DNA of 64,000 nucleotides from Carcharhinus amblyrhynchos (Eukaryota). Where the stretch lies: positions 12,462,001 through 12,526,000 of the forward strand of contig OZ336900.1 in NCBI GenBank assembly GCA_965287045.1, read 5' to 3'. A program made the translations under genes and the position numbers. Shown in pieces: positions 24,327 through 37,825 of this stretch (its first letter is position 1; every line of letters begins with the position of its first letter). The notes under the pieces were generated by a model. It had not been told where the DNA came from. It saw only the letters and a program-made list of their open reading frames with translations, and searched no databases.

Positions 24327-24674
24327 ATCAAAGAATCCCTACAGTGCAGAAGGAGGCTATTCGGCTCATCGATCCTGCACCGACCATAGTCCCATCCAGG
24401 CCCTATAGATTTAATATATTTAATATATGATTTATATAACCTCCCAGATTTAACCTACTAATCCCACTGACACTAAGGGTCAATTTAGCATAGCCAATCA
24501 ACCTAACCGGTACATCTTTGGACTGTGGGAGGAAACTGGAGCACTGGGAGGAAACCCATGCAGACACGAGGAGAATGTGCAAACTCCACACAGACAGTGA
24601 CCCAAGGTGGCAATCAAACCCAGGTCTCTGGAGCTGTGAAACAACAGTGCTAACCAATGTGCTACCATGCCTCC
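24327..24674 (-). mobile_element. HE1 SINE, CR1-type tail (type A)
   Basis: Reverse complement of HE1 head, V-domain and ...TCTGCACTGTAGGGATTCT tail. Confidence 0.9.
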
Positions 24675-25172
24675 ATCTGATCACAGATTTGATGCCATCT
24701 GATCACAGATTTTAAAAAAATGGAAGAGCTTGGCTTTATTGTTTCTATCTCTTGCACATGGACAAAAGTCTTTTGCAGACAATTTTTCAGCTGGGGATTG
24801 TGAAAAATTGTGGTTTTGCTCCAGAATCTGTCAAGCCAGGTGTTACAAATGGAAACAACTCTGGAAAATAAATGTAGTCTCAAACAGCCCAGTGAAATGA
24901 GCTGGGTGACAGTAAATGTCATGTGGTATCTGCAGTAGAGATTAAAATGAAAGCAAGCAGTGTGCTATTTACCCATCAAGTAAGTGACCTGTGGAATATC
25001 AGAGACCCAGTTAGTTCTGTGTGTCCACTTCCACCCAGTCAGGAATATTACAGAGCAGCAATAGCTGACTGCAGGGGAGGAGATAACCAGCTAGGTCAGT
25101 TCAGGAATAATGCCAGTACATCTGAGGGAGGAGTATGACAACAATTAAAACAGGAAGAAAGAAATTCAACTT

Positions 25173-25480
25173 CGTGCGGCACAGTGGTTAGCCCTGCTGC
25201 CTCACAGTGCCAGGGGCCCGGCTTGGGTCTCAGTCTGTGTGGAGCTTTGCATGTTCTCCCAGTGTTTGCGTGGATTTCCTCCGGGTGCTCCGGTTTCCTT
25301 CCGCAGTCCAAAGATGTGTTGGTTAGGTGGATTGGCCATGCTAAATTACCCCTTAGTGTCAGGGGGACTAGCTAGGGTAAATGCATGGGGTTATGGGGAT
25401 AAGGCCTGGATGGGATTGTGGTTGGTGCAGGCTCAATGGGCCAAATGGCCTCCTCCTGCACTGTAGGATTCTTTGATTCC
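25173..25480 (+). mobile_element. HE1 SINE, type A
   Basis: GCACAGTGGTTAGCCCTGCTGCCTCACAG head, V-domain, CR1-like tail. Confidence 0.9.
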
Positions 25481-26089
25481 AATTTATGATAGGAATAGCA
25501 GGAAAGGTCTTTACCATGAATTTTCTCTAACCTCCCTCTACTCTAGCTCTGTAAATTCGACATTTTCATGTGTAAATGGAGTATATTCCAAGTTACAGCA
25601 ATGCAGTAGTGGAAAACTTGAAGTTTCTCCATTCTGTTTCCAGGTTTGAGTAGTGTTTTAAGCTTTTGTGTAATCCCATACACAACCAGCAGAGGGTGCA
25701 TAGTCACAGAGGTAACAGTAGGTTCCCATTGAGAGGCCGAGGAACAGTCAGCCACGATCTTATTGAATGGTAGAACAGACTCAAGAGGTCCGAAAGCATA
25801 TTCCTGCTCCCGCTTCTTATTTTATTAATAAATGGCTGACGAAGGAGCAAAAATGGACACGGTCATTTTTAAAATGAATGATTCATTTCAGTTTTAGTCA
25901 GCTCTGATTCCACAGATGCAAAACTGAGTAATACTGCCATGCACACTCCTTCACAGCTTTGTAGGTGTCTTAAGTGTTTGGGAGATTATGTTGTGTTCTG
26001 TTTGTCTATGACGTGATTATTCAAGGGTTTAGCCAATAAACTTAACAATGAGTCACTGCTTAATGAACATTTTCCTTTTCTCTTTTCAG

Positions 26090-26159
26090 GGTAATATCAA
26101 TCAAAAATTACAATCCAAAGATAAGAATTATAACACAGATGTTACAGTATCATAACAAG
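26090..26159 (+). CDS. KCNMA1: BK channel exon 13, 70 nt
   Basis: ttcag|G...AAG|gtcaga. Translates (R)[23 protein letters not shown]. Confidence 0.96.
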
Positions 26160-26649
26160 GTCAGAATCTTCTTTTGTATTAATTCAGAATAATGCTTTTA
26201 TTACTCTCCTGAGCAGACTGATAGTTTACAGACTTCGCTGTTGAAGACTGCGAATATTGGCAAACACCAAAGAGACAAAACCTGTGTTTGAATTTGAAAA
26301 GGGCACCTATAGTAGTCTTCTCAGTAATATTCAACAGGTGAAATAACATGCTGCTGAGTCACTATAGAAATCTACAGCACTGAATAGACCTTTCAGCCCA
26401 TCCTGTCCCTGCTAGCACCCTCAACTGTCCAATTAGTTCCATGCACCTGCCCTCAGAGCCTATTAAATTCTTCACCTCAAATATCCATTAATTCCCTCCC
26501 AAAAGCCAGTGAACCTGCCTCCATTGCTCTGCTAGACCGGCTGAAGTGGCGGGTTGGGGGCTTTAAATCTAGGCGGCAAGGGTTTGATCCTGGGGATGTG
26601 GACAAGTGGGTTGGCTCTCTTGGAGAGGAGATTTTACAAAATTCCTGGT

Positions 26650-27860
26650 CCCATTGTGCTAATACAGAAAACTTATAGAGTTTGCTGAGATAACAACAAT
26701 GGTAGCTTTATTAAGAAACAACATAGTGGCTTCCTTGCCATGAAGTCTGCCAGAGGAAGCAGACTCCTGAGTCATTGCCTAATTTCCTGTGATGATGTAT
26801 ACCGTGTTCCATTGGCATATCACTCAGTTAGAATTAACTCCTGATACAACATCTCCCCAAGTCTCCGATCCTCCACACTATACTAGAGGATTTTCACAGT
26901 AATTTCACTGTAGTTTTCAATCCTGCAGAAGATGCATCTGCAGCTATGATAGTGGGTAGTTCTGGATTGTCGTAAGCTAAAATATTAGGTGTTACCAGCG
27001 TCTGATTTTCCCAAAAGACCTCTGTTGTACTTCCTCCGATCACCATGGATTGTCTTGTTGTAACAACTGGCATAGTGACTCATTGAAACAGACAACTTAG
27101 TGACTTGGGTTTACAATACCCATGAATCTCTGGAGCTCAGTCACGTTGTGAGGAGCCAAGAACTGCTTGATTGTTCTTGTCTTCTGTGAATCCACCCCGG
27201 CACCAGATCCGCCCTGACACTGGATCCAATTTGACACCAGATGTATCCACAGTATGCCCAAGGAACTTGACTGGTGGCTATGAGGATTAATATTTGTTGT
27301 TACATGCAAGTTCTGCTTCCTGTTAGCATTGCAGCACGGCACACACTCGTCATGTGCCTGAGTGGAACCATGGATCAGGACATCACCCATGTGCTCATTA
27401 ATTGCCTTTGTTCAGGTTAAATTGTCAAACACGACTCTATCAACAAGCACATTCCTAATTATTTCATCTCGTCTGCCATATTCACAGTTCTCAGTCACTG
27501 GTACAAATTGTTGGTAAATGTGAGTCACGATGCTTGTTTGGAGAGTTGGTGCAGACGTCATGGGCCAAGGACAGTCTCCTGTGCCATAATGATTTTGTGA
27601 TTCTGTATCAGTGCACCGCTTGTCATTGGGTACACTTGTCAAATTTAGCCCACTTGACATGGTATCCTTTCACAGATCGAACAGGCATCAAGTGCTTCTA
27701 TTTCCTCATTATATGCAGTTTTCTGCCCCATCGATTACTTCCTCGATGAGGATATCATCTGCACAGCCACCCCTTGTGTATAATAGCGTACTGACCTGCT
27801 CACTGGCTTTACAGTGACAGTTGATGCAGTTGCGATATCTGGTAAACCTTTGGCACTGTT
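26650..27860 (-). mobile_element. Second decayed Ty3/Gypsy element
   Basis: RT and RNase H remnants MGDVLIHG, APHNVTELQRFMGIVN and LAYDNPELPTIIAADASSAGL; gag remnant DEIIRNVLV. Confidence 0.75.
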
Positions 27861-28780
27861 TCAGCCAGACTTCTGCTTGATTGTGGCCTGTGATCTGCTT
27901 GAAGCTTTCCAGTAATGAGATGATGTATACTGTGTCTCACTAGCATACCACCCGAAATTATCCCCTGACATTGCAGATTCCTGCTCCTCCTGATCTACAC
28001 ACAGTGCAAGAAAAGTGCTCACCTCTTCCGTGCAGCAGCTTTCACCTTCTTTCAGCTGCCTTGTTAAAGCTGGAGCAGGCACCTCAGCCTAACACTTCAG
28101 TGATCCACCTGCTACTCCTGCAGGATTGAGCTTGTTAAAATTTCAGAATAAAACTCGACACGTGCAAGTCCTGCTGTTTTGAGGAGTGCAGGGGGAGCAG
28201 ACTGGAGGCTTCCTGCTGCTTGTAGTATAGGATCCCAGGGAGAATCAGAAGGGAAAGAGAGAGAGCAATGAAATAGTCTGATGGAAAATGACTTGCTGTC
28301 TGTCTGTTCAGTATCATTTTTGTCCACTCGTCTTATGGCATGGCATGTGGCATTAAGACAAGGAGATATTTGATATGATACGTCTGCGCCAACTCTATAG
28401 CTTCCTGACCATGACCTGACTTGGGTCCTGGCTGCAGACTGTCAGCAGATGTTCCTACTCTTTTTTTTAATGTTTTCCCTCACACAGACACCGGGTTCCC
28501 TCAGTCTGATGGAGAAAAATAAATAAATTTAAGCAAGATATTTTTGCAGAGCACATAAAATGTAACCAGATGAAGCATGAGGCGTGGTGGAATTTAAGGA
28601 GAGTGATATTCAGCTTGTTTTTCCAGAAGCATTTTAAATTCAACCCTTCCGCTTGGCCTTATGTGAATCTCACTGCACATGACGTGCAAGCTGCACGGAG
28701 CCAGTTGCAGTTGCTCCCCTTTGTGGTCACTATTGGAACGTCAGAGAGTAAAGCTTCTCACTGTCAGGGTAACTTGCTTC

Positions 28781-29096
28781 TCATAGAATCCCTACAGTGC
28801 AGAAGGAGGCCATTCGGTCCATCAACTCTTCACCGATCACAATCCCAGCCGCACTCTATTCCCATAACCACATTTATGTACCCTGCTAATCCCCTAACCC
28901 TAAGGGTCAAGTTAGCACGGCTGATCAACCTAACCCTGCATATCTTTGCACTGTGGGAGGAAACCGGAACACCCAGAGGAAATGCACGCAGACACGGGGA
29001 GAACATGCAAACTCCACACAGGCAGTGACCCAAGGGCAGAATCGAACCCAGGTCCCCGGCACTGTGAGACTGCAGTGCTAACCACTATGTTGCCCC
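28781..29096 (-). mobile_element. HE1 SINE, type A
   Basis: Reverse-complement HE1 head, V-domain and tail. Confidence 0.9.
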
Positions 29097-29394
29097 TTGA
29101 AGACAGAGGAGGTGTTACAGCAGTTACCCTGTGATGGAGAAGCCTCCCCCCACACCCCCTTGTCCCTTTAGGTTCCCTTCCCCTCTCCATCTGTGAGAGG
29201 GCAGCAGAATCTCCTGCTGATGTTTCATTGAGATCTATTACTGTTCTATTACTCAGAGTTTTATGGTGAGGAACCTGGATTGTTTTCTGCCCTCCTTGCA
29301 GTGTAGCTGAGAATGGGAGCTTCTGAGGGAGAAGGAGTCCAGAGCATTGTAAATTTCAAATTGCAGCTCAGTCAATCGGGGCTGATGTCAGGAA

Positions 29395-29735
29395 GCTGCT
29401 TTTCACACAAAAGGAAAAAATATGTTGATCCTGGGGTTCAATTAAAAATTCCAGAACTAAGATTGATGACATTTTTGTTAGACATTTGTTAAGCGACAGA
29501 GTCTGAGCCATTTACAGCACAGAAGGAGGCCATGCAGCGCATGAAGTCCATACCGGCTCCACACGGCATTCTAGTTGGTCTCACTCCTCTGTTCCATTCC
29601 CATAGCCCTGCAAGCTTGTTTTCTTCAAACGCCAGCATCAATACAGCTAAATAGTGTTAAGATATAGTTAAAGCCATGGTCTAATTAAATAGCTTAACAG
29701 GTTCAAGGTGCTGAAGGGACTACTCCTGTTCCTCT
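29395..29735 (+). mobile_element. Old CR1 3' relic containing an inverted CR1-type tail at about 29500-29630
   Basis: Outer part ends GGTTCAAGGTGCTGAAGGGACTACTCCTGTTCC; inner part reads TACAGCACAGAAGGAGGCCAT. Confidence 0.55.
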
Positions 29736-30212
29736 GCTCTCGGCTTCTATCATCGCCTCTCACCATGACTGGATTTCAGAGTTCACTGTGTCGGAAGTAA
29801 CAGGCACAGCCGCTAAGTCCCTTTTCTGTTTCACAGTTCAATATGTTGCATTATCTCTCGCTCCTGCTGTAAACCTTCATCATCCATTGGTGTTGACAGA
29901 TGACTTTTTTGCAATGGGATAACCTCCACTTGGTCAGCAGAAATGTTTTTTTAAAGAATCCATCCTTTCAATCCATGTGGAAATGGTTTGGATATTCTTA
30001 CTAGTTTTGGGAAGAGCCAGCATTGTTTATTTTAGAATGATCTTAGATGAGATCCTCTGAAGCAAATGGGATACAAGGTATGTTCTCCTTGGGGCTTAAA
30101 ATGGATAAACCTAGCAACTTGCAGCTAAATTCAATGCCCAGTCGGGACTCTTTGATTTGACTTAAGTCGAGGTAAAGAAAATAGGCCAGTTCCCCAGTCT
30201 ATAGCACCCCTT

Positions 30213-30365
30213 CCGTGCAGATGGAGGTCATTCGGCCCGTCAAGTCTGCACCAACTCTCCGAAATTGAGTCCTACTCACGCCCACCTCATCTTATTCCTA
30301 TAACCCCATGCATTTTCCATGCCTAATCCACCTAACACATTTTTGAACACTAAGGACAATTTACT
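30213..30365 (-). mobile_element. HE1 SINE 3' fragment
   Basis: GTGCAGATGGAGGTCATTCGGCCC...CTAATCCACCTAAC. Confidence 0.7.
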
Positions 30366-31687
30366 CTGGCATCCTTGAAATACAGACTCAACAAGAAGTC
30401 AGTCGGCCTTGTTAAGAGTCCTGACTTACCTTGTCGGGTAGATCGGGAACTTTGAGTCCTGACAGACTCCTGGCATTTCCACACATATGCAGTCTGGCAT
30501 TTGTAGTTTTTTGGACCAAGGACATGGGCCCAGTCCACCTACATAAAACAAAACAGGAGGAAAACCAGTTTGGATGTCCGAAGAGTAGAGTGTTCTACCA
30601 GAGAAGGGTCCCAAGAGAGGTTCTGGTTAAAGAGAAAGGACTGTGCAAGGAACCACTGAGAAAAGGACACTACCAGTAGGAACTACCAGGAAGGTGATCA
30701 AGGAAAGTGGATGTAAGTGATAAAAGTGCTGCAGTTTGCAGGCTTTCAATAGTGAGGGCTTGGGAGAATCCCTGGGCAGTGGCAAATACAGCAGGACGTT
30801 GGTGATTCTGTGCTGGGGCAAATGTATCCTTTTGGAGCTGTTGTATTTTGCTCAGCATGAGTGAGGAGCTGAAAATATGCTTGGGGGTTGGTGCTGAAGT
30901 GCAGTCTCAGTTTCAGGGAAATGGTGTCTCAGGAGATGAGATTGAAAACCTGCGAAATGAGCTGTTATGGAGGCAGTCCAAGTTGGAGTGACATTTGGAG
31001 ACGATTCCAAAGCTAGATCTTTGAAAGGGAAGAGTAAAGACATGCAATTCCTTATAAAGGATACAGAGAATTAACAAGAATGTACAACTCAGCGAATACT
31101 TATATCTGAATGGTTTGTTGAGAAATCCACGGGCTCCAACTTGCTCACAACTACCAGTTATTGTACAGTGTGGTTTCGACTTCAGTTTGCCTGTTGATTC
31201 ACAATTACTTTGTGTTAATCCTGAATGTTGGAGATTGAGAAATATATTGTAAATTGTTTTATAATTTTGACCTTGTATAGTAAAGGTATCAAAACAACTC
31301 AAAGACAAAAGAAGTTAACACCCAGCTGTTTTTGACCATTCAACATCAATTCAGACATCTTTGTGGATTCCTGACTCAACTAGACTAGCTGTTCTTTGAA
31401 GAGTTCTTCAAATAGCATAAATATGAGCCAGCCATGATTCTGTCATTAACAGTTTTTCTTGTACATTAGGAGATTGTGAGCTAATACCCACTGAAGAAAC
31501 TTGGACACAATCCTGGGGAGATTTTCCACGCTCACTTTTTGGAGGGTAGGAACAGCGGCAGGAGCCATGGAATCCATCCCTGCCCCACCAATCCCGCAAA
31601 TGCAAATGACATGATATCGAACATCAGGATCTCTATTTGAATACAGTTAGATTGGCACGCTGATGTGAATGAACAATCATAGTAGGA

Positions 31688-31978
31688 TATAGAGTCATGG
31701 AATCCTACAGTGCAGAAGGCAGCCATTCGGCCCATTGAGTCTGCACTGTTCACAATTCACATAACCCCTTGCATTTACCCTAGCTAGTCCCCCTGACACT
31801 AAGGGGCAATTTAGCATGGCCAATCCACCTAACCCACACATCTTTAGACTGTGGGAGGAAACCCATGCAGACACGGGGAGAATGTGCAAACTCTGCACAG
31901 AGACGTAATCTGGAATTGAATACAGATCTCTGGCACTGTGAGGCAGCAGTGCTAACCACTGTGCCACTACGCAGCCCC
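31688..31978 (-). mobile_element. HE1 SINE, type A
   Basis: Reverse-complement HE1 with a small V-domain deletion. Confidence 0.88.
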
Positions 31979-33079
31979 TAATGTGCCGCATGCACCTAGC
32001 TAACTAAACCCACCCCACCTCCTGCCCCCAGAGGACGTCATGTCAATGCATCGCTCAGGAGTTCGAGGATTATGTCCAGGCACTGGGTTAGTTCAGCTTA
32101 GCTGAAATAGCACCCAGGGAGTTGCAATAGGCCCCATTGATCCTCAGGCAATAAAGGGAGGCAAAATTAGTCAGACTTCCTACTCCAGATGACCATCTAG
32201 TGACCCCCTCCTTCCCATCCACCTCCTCCACCTTGTGCCCTCACTGGTAAGTGTGTGCATGGAAGTAGGATGATGACAGAATTTTGTCTGGTCATTAAAT
32301 CCAGCATGGTGAAGTAACCCATTAACATTTGCTGCCTGAGTATGGTATGGGCCAATTCAGTGAGGCGTTCTATCCTAGTGGTCTCAATGGTGACTGTAAA
32401 TCTGTTCTTTGTTAACACATTCATGATTCCTTCCATACAGAGGATCTATTCTGACCCCAGAGCAACAGAGAAGGAAGTTGCTCAGAAATCGGAGTGAAAA
32501 ATAAACAGACGCTCCTACATCTTAAACTCCACAATCAATCCATGGGTTTGACTGTAACTAAAAACCTGATTCCAGTGGCTCAGATCTGTTCTTTGTTTTT
32601 TTACATATTATATACTTGAAATAACCACAAAGTGAATCTTTCCAAATCCAGGGTTCACACACCTGTAAAATGTCAGGCAGTGAAATGCAGCACCGAGAGC
32701 CCAGACACAGAGTGGGAAAGGGAGGCTGCTTTATATCGAGTCTACCTTCTGAGCATGCCACGGAAGGGCTGCAGCTGCTTGTAGTTTTGTAGTTCATTAC
32801 AGGACAGAAATGCTACACTGGCACTCTTGGACGAACAATATAAAAATAAAACAAAATGTTTAACCAGCGATATTGGAAAGGTATGAAAGGCCCTGGGGAG
32901 CTCGCTCTGAATGGGCAACAGATGTGGATACAGATTGAAGTACAGTGTGTTTGTTGCATGCCGCTCTGGTGCCATTTTATTGTGTGGGGTTCCCAGGGAA
33001 AATAAAGGAGACAGTTTGTCGTAACATCTCACGAAACGCTGCGCATTTTTCAAGATGTTTTTTGGGAGCAAAGAATTGA

Positions 33080-33337
<258 letters not shown>

Positions 33338-33859
33338 TGAATAAAGAATATATCTCGAAGGGAAAAATAAAAGATGGAAGATGTTACCATGTTTTTTTTC
33401 CTTAACAGCAGGTGCCCCTCACGTACCACAGCTTTGAATGGGTGCCAGTACTGCAATAGTCCAAATGGACTGGGGATCTGACGTTGTTTTCTTAAGCTTT
33501 AATTTAGTTCAGGCTAACAGTCCATGGGTTATATATTTGGTGCAATGTTTAAAAGAAAATTTGCTGTTAAGCGTATAAAATAATAAGCAGTTAGGAGTGA
33601 AAGCCAGATGTGTTTTTTAGGTCACAAGCTGCACAATGGTAAGAGTCAAACCATCAGGAGACCCCCATCTTCTATGGTTTCCGTTGAAGTGCACAGTACC
33701 CAGAAGGGGCTATTTTCTACATTTCTTTCTCTGCGGTCCTGTAGCACAGCCACCGCAACAATGTTCCTGCGGTGGGTAGGTGATTGAAGATGCAGTGCAG
33801 TGTCCATCTTTGCCACCATCACAAGGTGACAGGTTGTAATGGCTGCTCAGCCTAAAGGC

Positions 33860-34250
33860 TGTACCATTCCAGAGACTTGAATGCAAATGCATCTCATCAC
33901 ACACTTCAGTGCAGTACTGAGGGAGTGCTGCACTGTTGGAGGTGCCATCCTGAGACATTAAGCTGAGGCTCAGTCCATTCTCTGAGGTAGCCATAACTTA
34001 TTTTCAAGTAAGAGCAGGGGAGTTACCACCATAATCCTGATCAATATTTATCCTTCAATCAATGGCATTAAAGCAAATTATTTGCTCCTTATCATATTGC
34101 TGTTTGTGGGAACTTGCTATGTGCAAATCAACCATCGTGATTCCCACGCATCAGTGACTATTCTTCAATATTATGCCATTGGCTGTAAAGTGCTTTGGGA
34201 CATCCTGAGTTTGTGAAAGGCACTGTGTTAATTCAGACCTGTCTTTCTGT
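33860..34250 (+). mobile_element. SacSINE1/DeuSINE-like SINE
   Basis: Deu-domain-like GTGCAGTACTGAGGGAGTGCTGCACTGTTGGAGGTGCC...AGAGCAGGGGAGTT and tail GGCTGTAAAGTGCTTTGGGACATCCTGAG. Confidence 0.8.
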
Positions 34251-35091
34251 CTGTGAAAGCTTTCTCAGTGAGCAAGATGACAACCTTGAAAACAGAAAGT
34301 GATGGTCAAACTGTTATGACGTATACTTAAGCATCTGATCATGATATTGGAACTTGTGATAGTGGGCCATGATTTGAATATTGTTTGGAGTTAGCCAGGT
34401 GAACATGGTAGCAAGTTATTGTAACATCCTATAAAAAGTAATGAGTTGAATAGCTGTTGGTTGTGTGGGAGAAAGGAGGAAAGTTTTCTTTTGCATAATG
34501 CTGTAGGATATAACATTCCTTAAACCAGCCCATCCAGACGGTAGGAATTACATTGAGTTGATATTGCCCTTTTCCGTGAAAGTGGCGCTAGTTCCTTACA
34601 TGATGTTTGAGAAGTTGTGATTATTAACAATGAGCATTTAGAAAAAAAATGAAGATAAATGGCATTTTCTATGCTGTGTTGTACAGTTATAAAATTGAGA
34701 GGCATTGGCATAAATTACAATTTTGCTGGGAGCATAAAAAGGGTGGTAGCAAATTGTCCAGCATTATGGCACACTAGACTGGTTGAGGCTTTGCGGATTG
34801 AAGCAGATGCCAGCGTGTGATACAGTCCGACAGGATTACTGTGCAATGACCATCATTGATGCCAAGTGTAAAAATAAAATCCTTTATAAAAACAATAGAC
34901 GGGCCTCGATTTACAGAGTCCATGATCTTCAGAAATCTGAAAATGCTTCACGGCCAAGGGATTAATTTGAAATACAGTTTAATTATCTAGCAGTCAATGG
35001 TTGTGAAAATACAGTAGAGTGTATAAAGGGCGGACAATTTGCTACTGTCCATTCTGCAATCCCGACAGAGTTGAATTTGTCCCATAATGCG

Positions 35092-35422
35092 GTCTGACAC
35101 ATGAGTGCAGTACTGAAGGAGTGCTGCATTGCTGCTGGCAATCTGGATGAGGTTGTTCAACTGAGGCTATGTCTGCCTATTCAGGCAGATGTAAAAGACC
35201 CTGTGGCACTACTCAAAGAAGAGCACGTGTGTTCTCCTGGTGTCCTGGCCAACACTTATTCTTCAGCCAGTACCATCATAATAGTTGTCTGGCTCGCAGT
35301 CGATAAGACCTTGCCATCTGCAAGTCAGCTGCCTATAGTTCAAAATAATTTGTTGGCTGAAGAATTTTCAGACCTCCTGAGGTCATGGAAGGCTCAATAT
35401 GAAGATAGGTTTGTCTGCTTTT
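35092..35422 (+). mobile_element. SacSINE1/DeuSINE-like SINE, decayed
   Basis: GTGCAGTACTGAAGGAGTGCTGCA...GATGTAAAAGACCCTGTGGCACTACTCAAAGAAGAGCA. Confidence 0.75.
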
Positions 35423-37139
35423 AAAGGTTTTATCATTATGCTTGATATCCACGTGGGCAGTGTCACATGGTAGCACGTGCTCCGATTTGCAAAGCATCAT
35501 GTCTTTGTGCTTGTTCCACTGTGGGAGGGGTCATTAGGAAGTTCAGGCTGCTAAGGCCCAGTATTGAGCAAATTTTGGCAATATCTGTGTTTGTCAGGGA
35601 CAAAAATTTGAGATGTGTTTAAGGAGATTCGTTATTGTATTCCTGCTGAGGGATCTTTATAGTGCAGACACTTCATAAAATGCAGAATATCAGCACAGCA
35701 TTCACATCAGTACCTTAAATACTTGACATATTTTCAGTAGCCTTGTAATGCATATGCTTGGCATTGGCACTTTCTAACACCAAAGCATTTTTACCCCCAT
35801 GCACTGTGGTCAAACATTAGCTCACTGCAGGCGCGTTAGATGTATCTAAAGGGAAAGTAGATAAGAACACGGGGGAGAATGGAATAGAAGGATATGGTGA
35901 GTGAATTAGATGAAGTGGGAGGAGGCTCATGTGGTGAATAAACACTAGCACGAACCAGCTAGGCTAAGTGTACTGTTTCTGTGCAGTAAATTTAATGTAA
36001 TTCTATAAAATTCATTGCAAATTTGGATTGGGCAACAACCACATCAGTTAGGAGATACTCAGAACCAACAGCAATATAATTGAAATACTTTCAAAACTGT
36101 GATGCATCCTGCCCAAAGAAATCTTAGCTTAAAAAAAATATATTCAGAAATATGATGCAAAACAACTATTGTGATAACCTTAATGAGGCCCATGGGGAAT
36201 CTCTGACTGATCCCCTTGTGAAGCTCGTGAGTTCCCTGGTAACAGGCAGTGACCTGCCAGGCATGACCTGAACCTTTTATGGCAGGCCCAGGACTGGGCC
36301 TGCTGAACGGGAGTCCCAGGTAAAGACTAGTGTGTGTACACCACACTAGTGATTTTACTTTGCATTCTGCAATAAACCACATTCTTTTCCAGTCGGGCTT
36401 CCTGAGTCATTACAACCACCAAGTGTGAACTGTTGGAAAAACTTAAGTCAATGTTGTTTACAGTGCAGGTTCTATTGAAGGACTGTCCATTTATCAAACC
36501 ACTCTTACCTTGTAGCCTTGAAAGAAAGTGTATTTGATGTAAAATATGTGGGGATTTAAAAAATCTAGGCTGCAAATAATACTTAAGTAAACTAGAATGC
36601 ATTTATAATGATCCTTGCATTTGTTTGATTCATATGCTGCTCTGCTGTGTTTATAAGCAATAAGGGATGGTTCTTTTGTATGCAGTGTCTAGCCATCAGC
36701 AGTATGCTGCTGGGGGATATTTTTATGCAGCTTTCAAGATATTCAGCTGGCAATATATAAAGTTTTCAATGTGAAACTCAGGCCACCAATTTGAAGTACT
36801 GTCCTGGGGAAGCAAACCAGGAGCTTTAGTTTAATACAAGTTGATGCGTTCCTAATAAAATCATTGCATGTGTTATTGCTCTTTAATCTGTGTGCATTGC
36901 ACCACTGGGTCTCGCACAGCGCCTGCATTCCAAAACAAGATGTGAAGCAGATAAACCCTTTGTAGTACAGAATACCAGCACTTCAGGCTGGCAGTGATTT
37001 GCAGGGCTTGTCATTAAATGTTCATGACTACTTAACTAATGCTGAACTTCACAGGTTTATACCAGCCTGTTTGCAGTGTCTCTGAGCTTGAGATTCAGCC
37101 TGTCAGATGGTTCTACATACCATGTAGAAAATAGTAAGG

Positions 37140-37825
37140 TGTCAGCCTTGGCTCAGTGGATAGCACTTCCGCCTCTATATCAGAGTTCTGTGGGTTCAAG
37201 CGTCAAGCCCCACTCCAGAGACGTGAGCACATAAAACAGATAAACACTCAAGCGCAGAGGGATTGCTGCACCCTCTTGGGTAATATATTAATCCAAAGCC
37301 AGTTCGATCCTTTTACATAATTGTAAAAGATCCTGCAACAATCTTCGAAGAGGGGCAGAGCGGTTCTCCCTGGCGTATGAACCAATATCTCTCCCTCAAC
37401 CAACACCATTGCTAAACAGCTGATTCTAGCCATTTTCTCATTGCTGTTTGTGTGATTCTATTGAGCAAATATTAGACCATAAGGCATAGGAGCAGAATTG
37501 GGCCATTCGGCCCATCGGGTCTGCTCTGCCATTCAATCATGGCTGATAATTTTCTCATCCCCATTCTCCTGCCTTTTCCCCATAGCCCCTGATCCCCTTA
37601 TTAATCAAGGACCCTATCTATCTCTGTCTTAAAGACATGCAATGACCTGACCTCCACAGCCTTCTGCGGCAAAGAATTTCACAGATTCACTAGTGTCTGA
37701 TATTGGTATTGACTGCTGCATTTCCTATCTTCCAATAGTTTCTGCACTTCCAAAATTATTAATTGGAAGTAAAGTGCTTTGGGCCATTCTGAGATTATGT
37801 AAGGTTATATAAACTATGTCTTTCT
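37140..37825 (+). mobile_element. SacSINE1-like SINE interrupted by a minus-strand CR1 3' end (37475-37695)
   Basis: A box TGGCTCAGTGG, B box GGTTCAAG and Deu-like core; the SINE tail resumes after the CR1 insert. Confidence 0.75.

Noticed and set aside
24673-24712. 18-bp direct repeat CCATCTGATCACAGATTT as a SINE target-site duplication
   Set aside because: Both copies are on the same side of the HE1 element, so it is a small local tandem duplication.
37140-37215. tRNA gene
   Set aside because: A and B boxes are present but run into a SINE body and do not form a complete cloverleaf.
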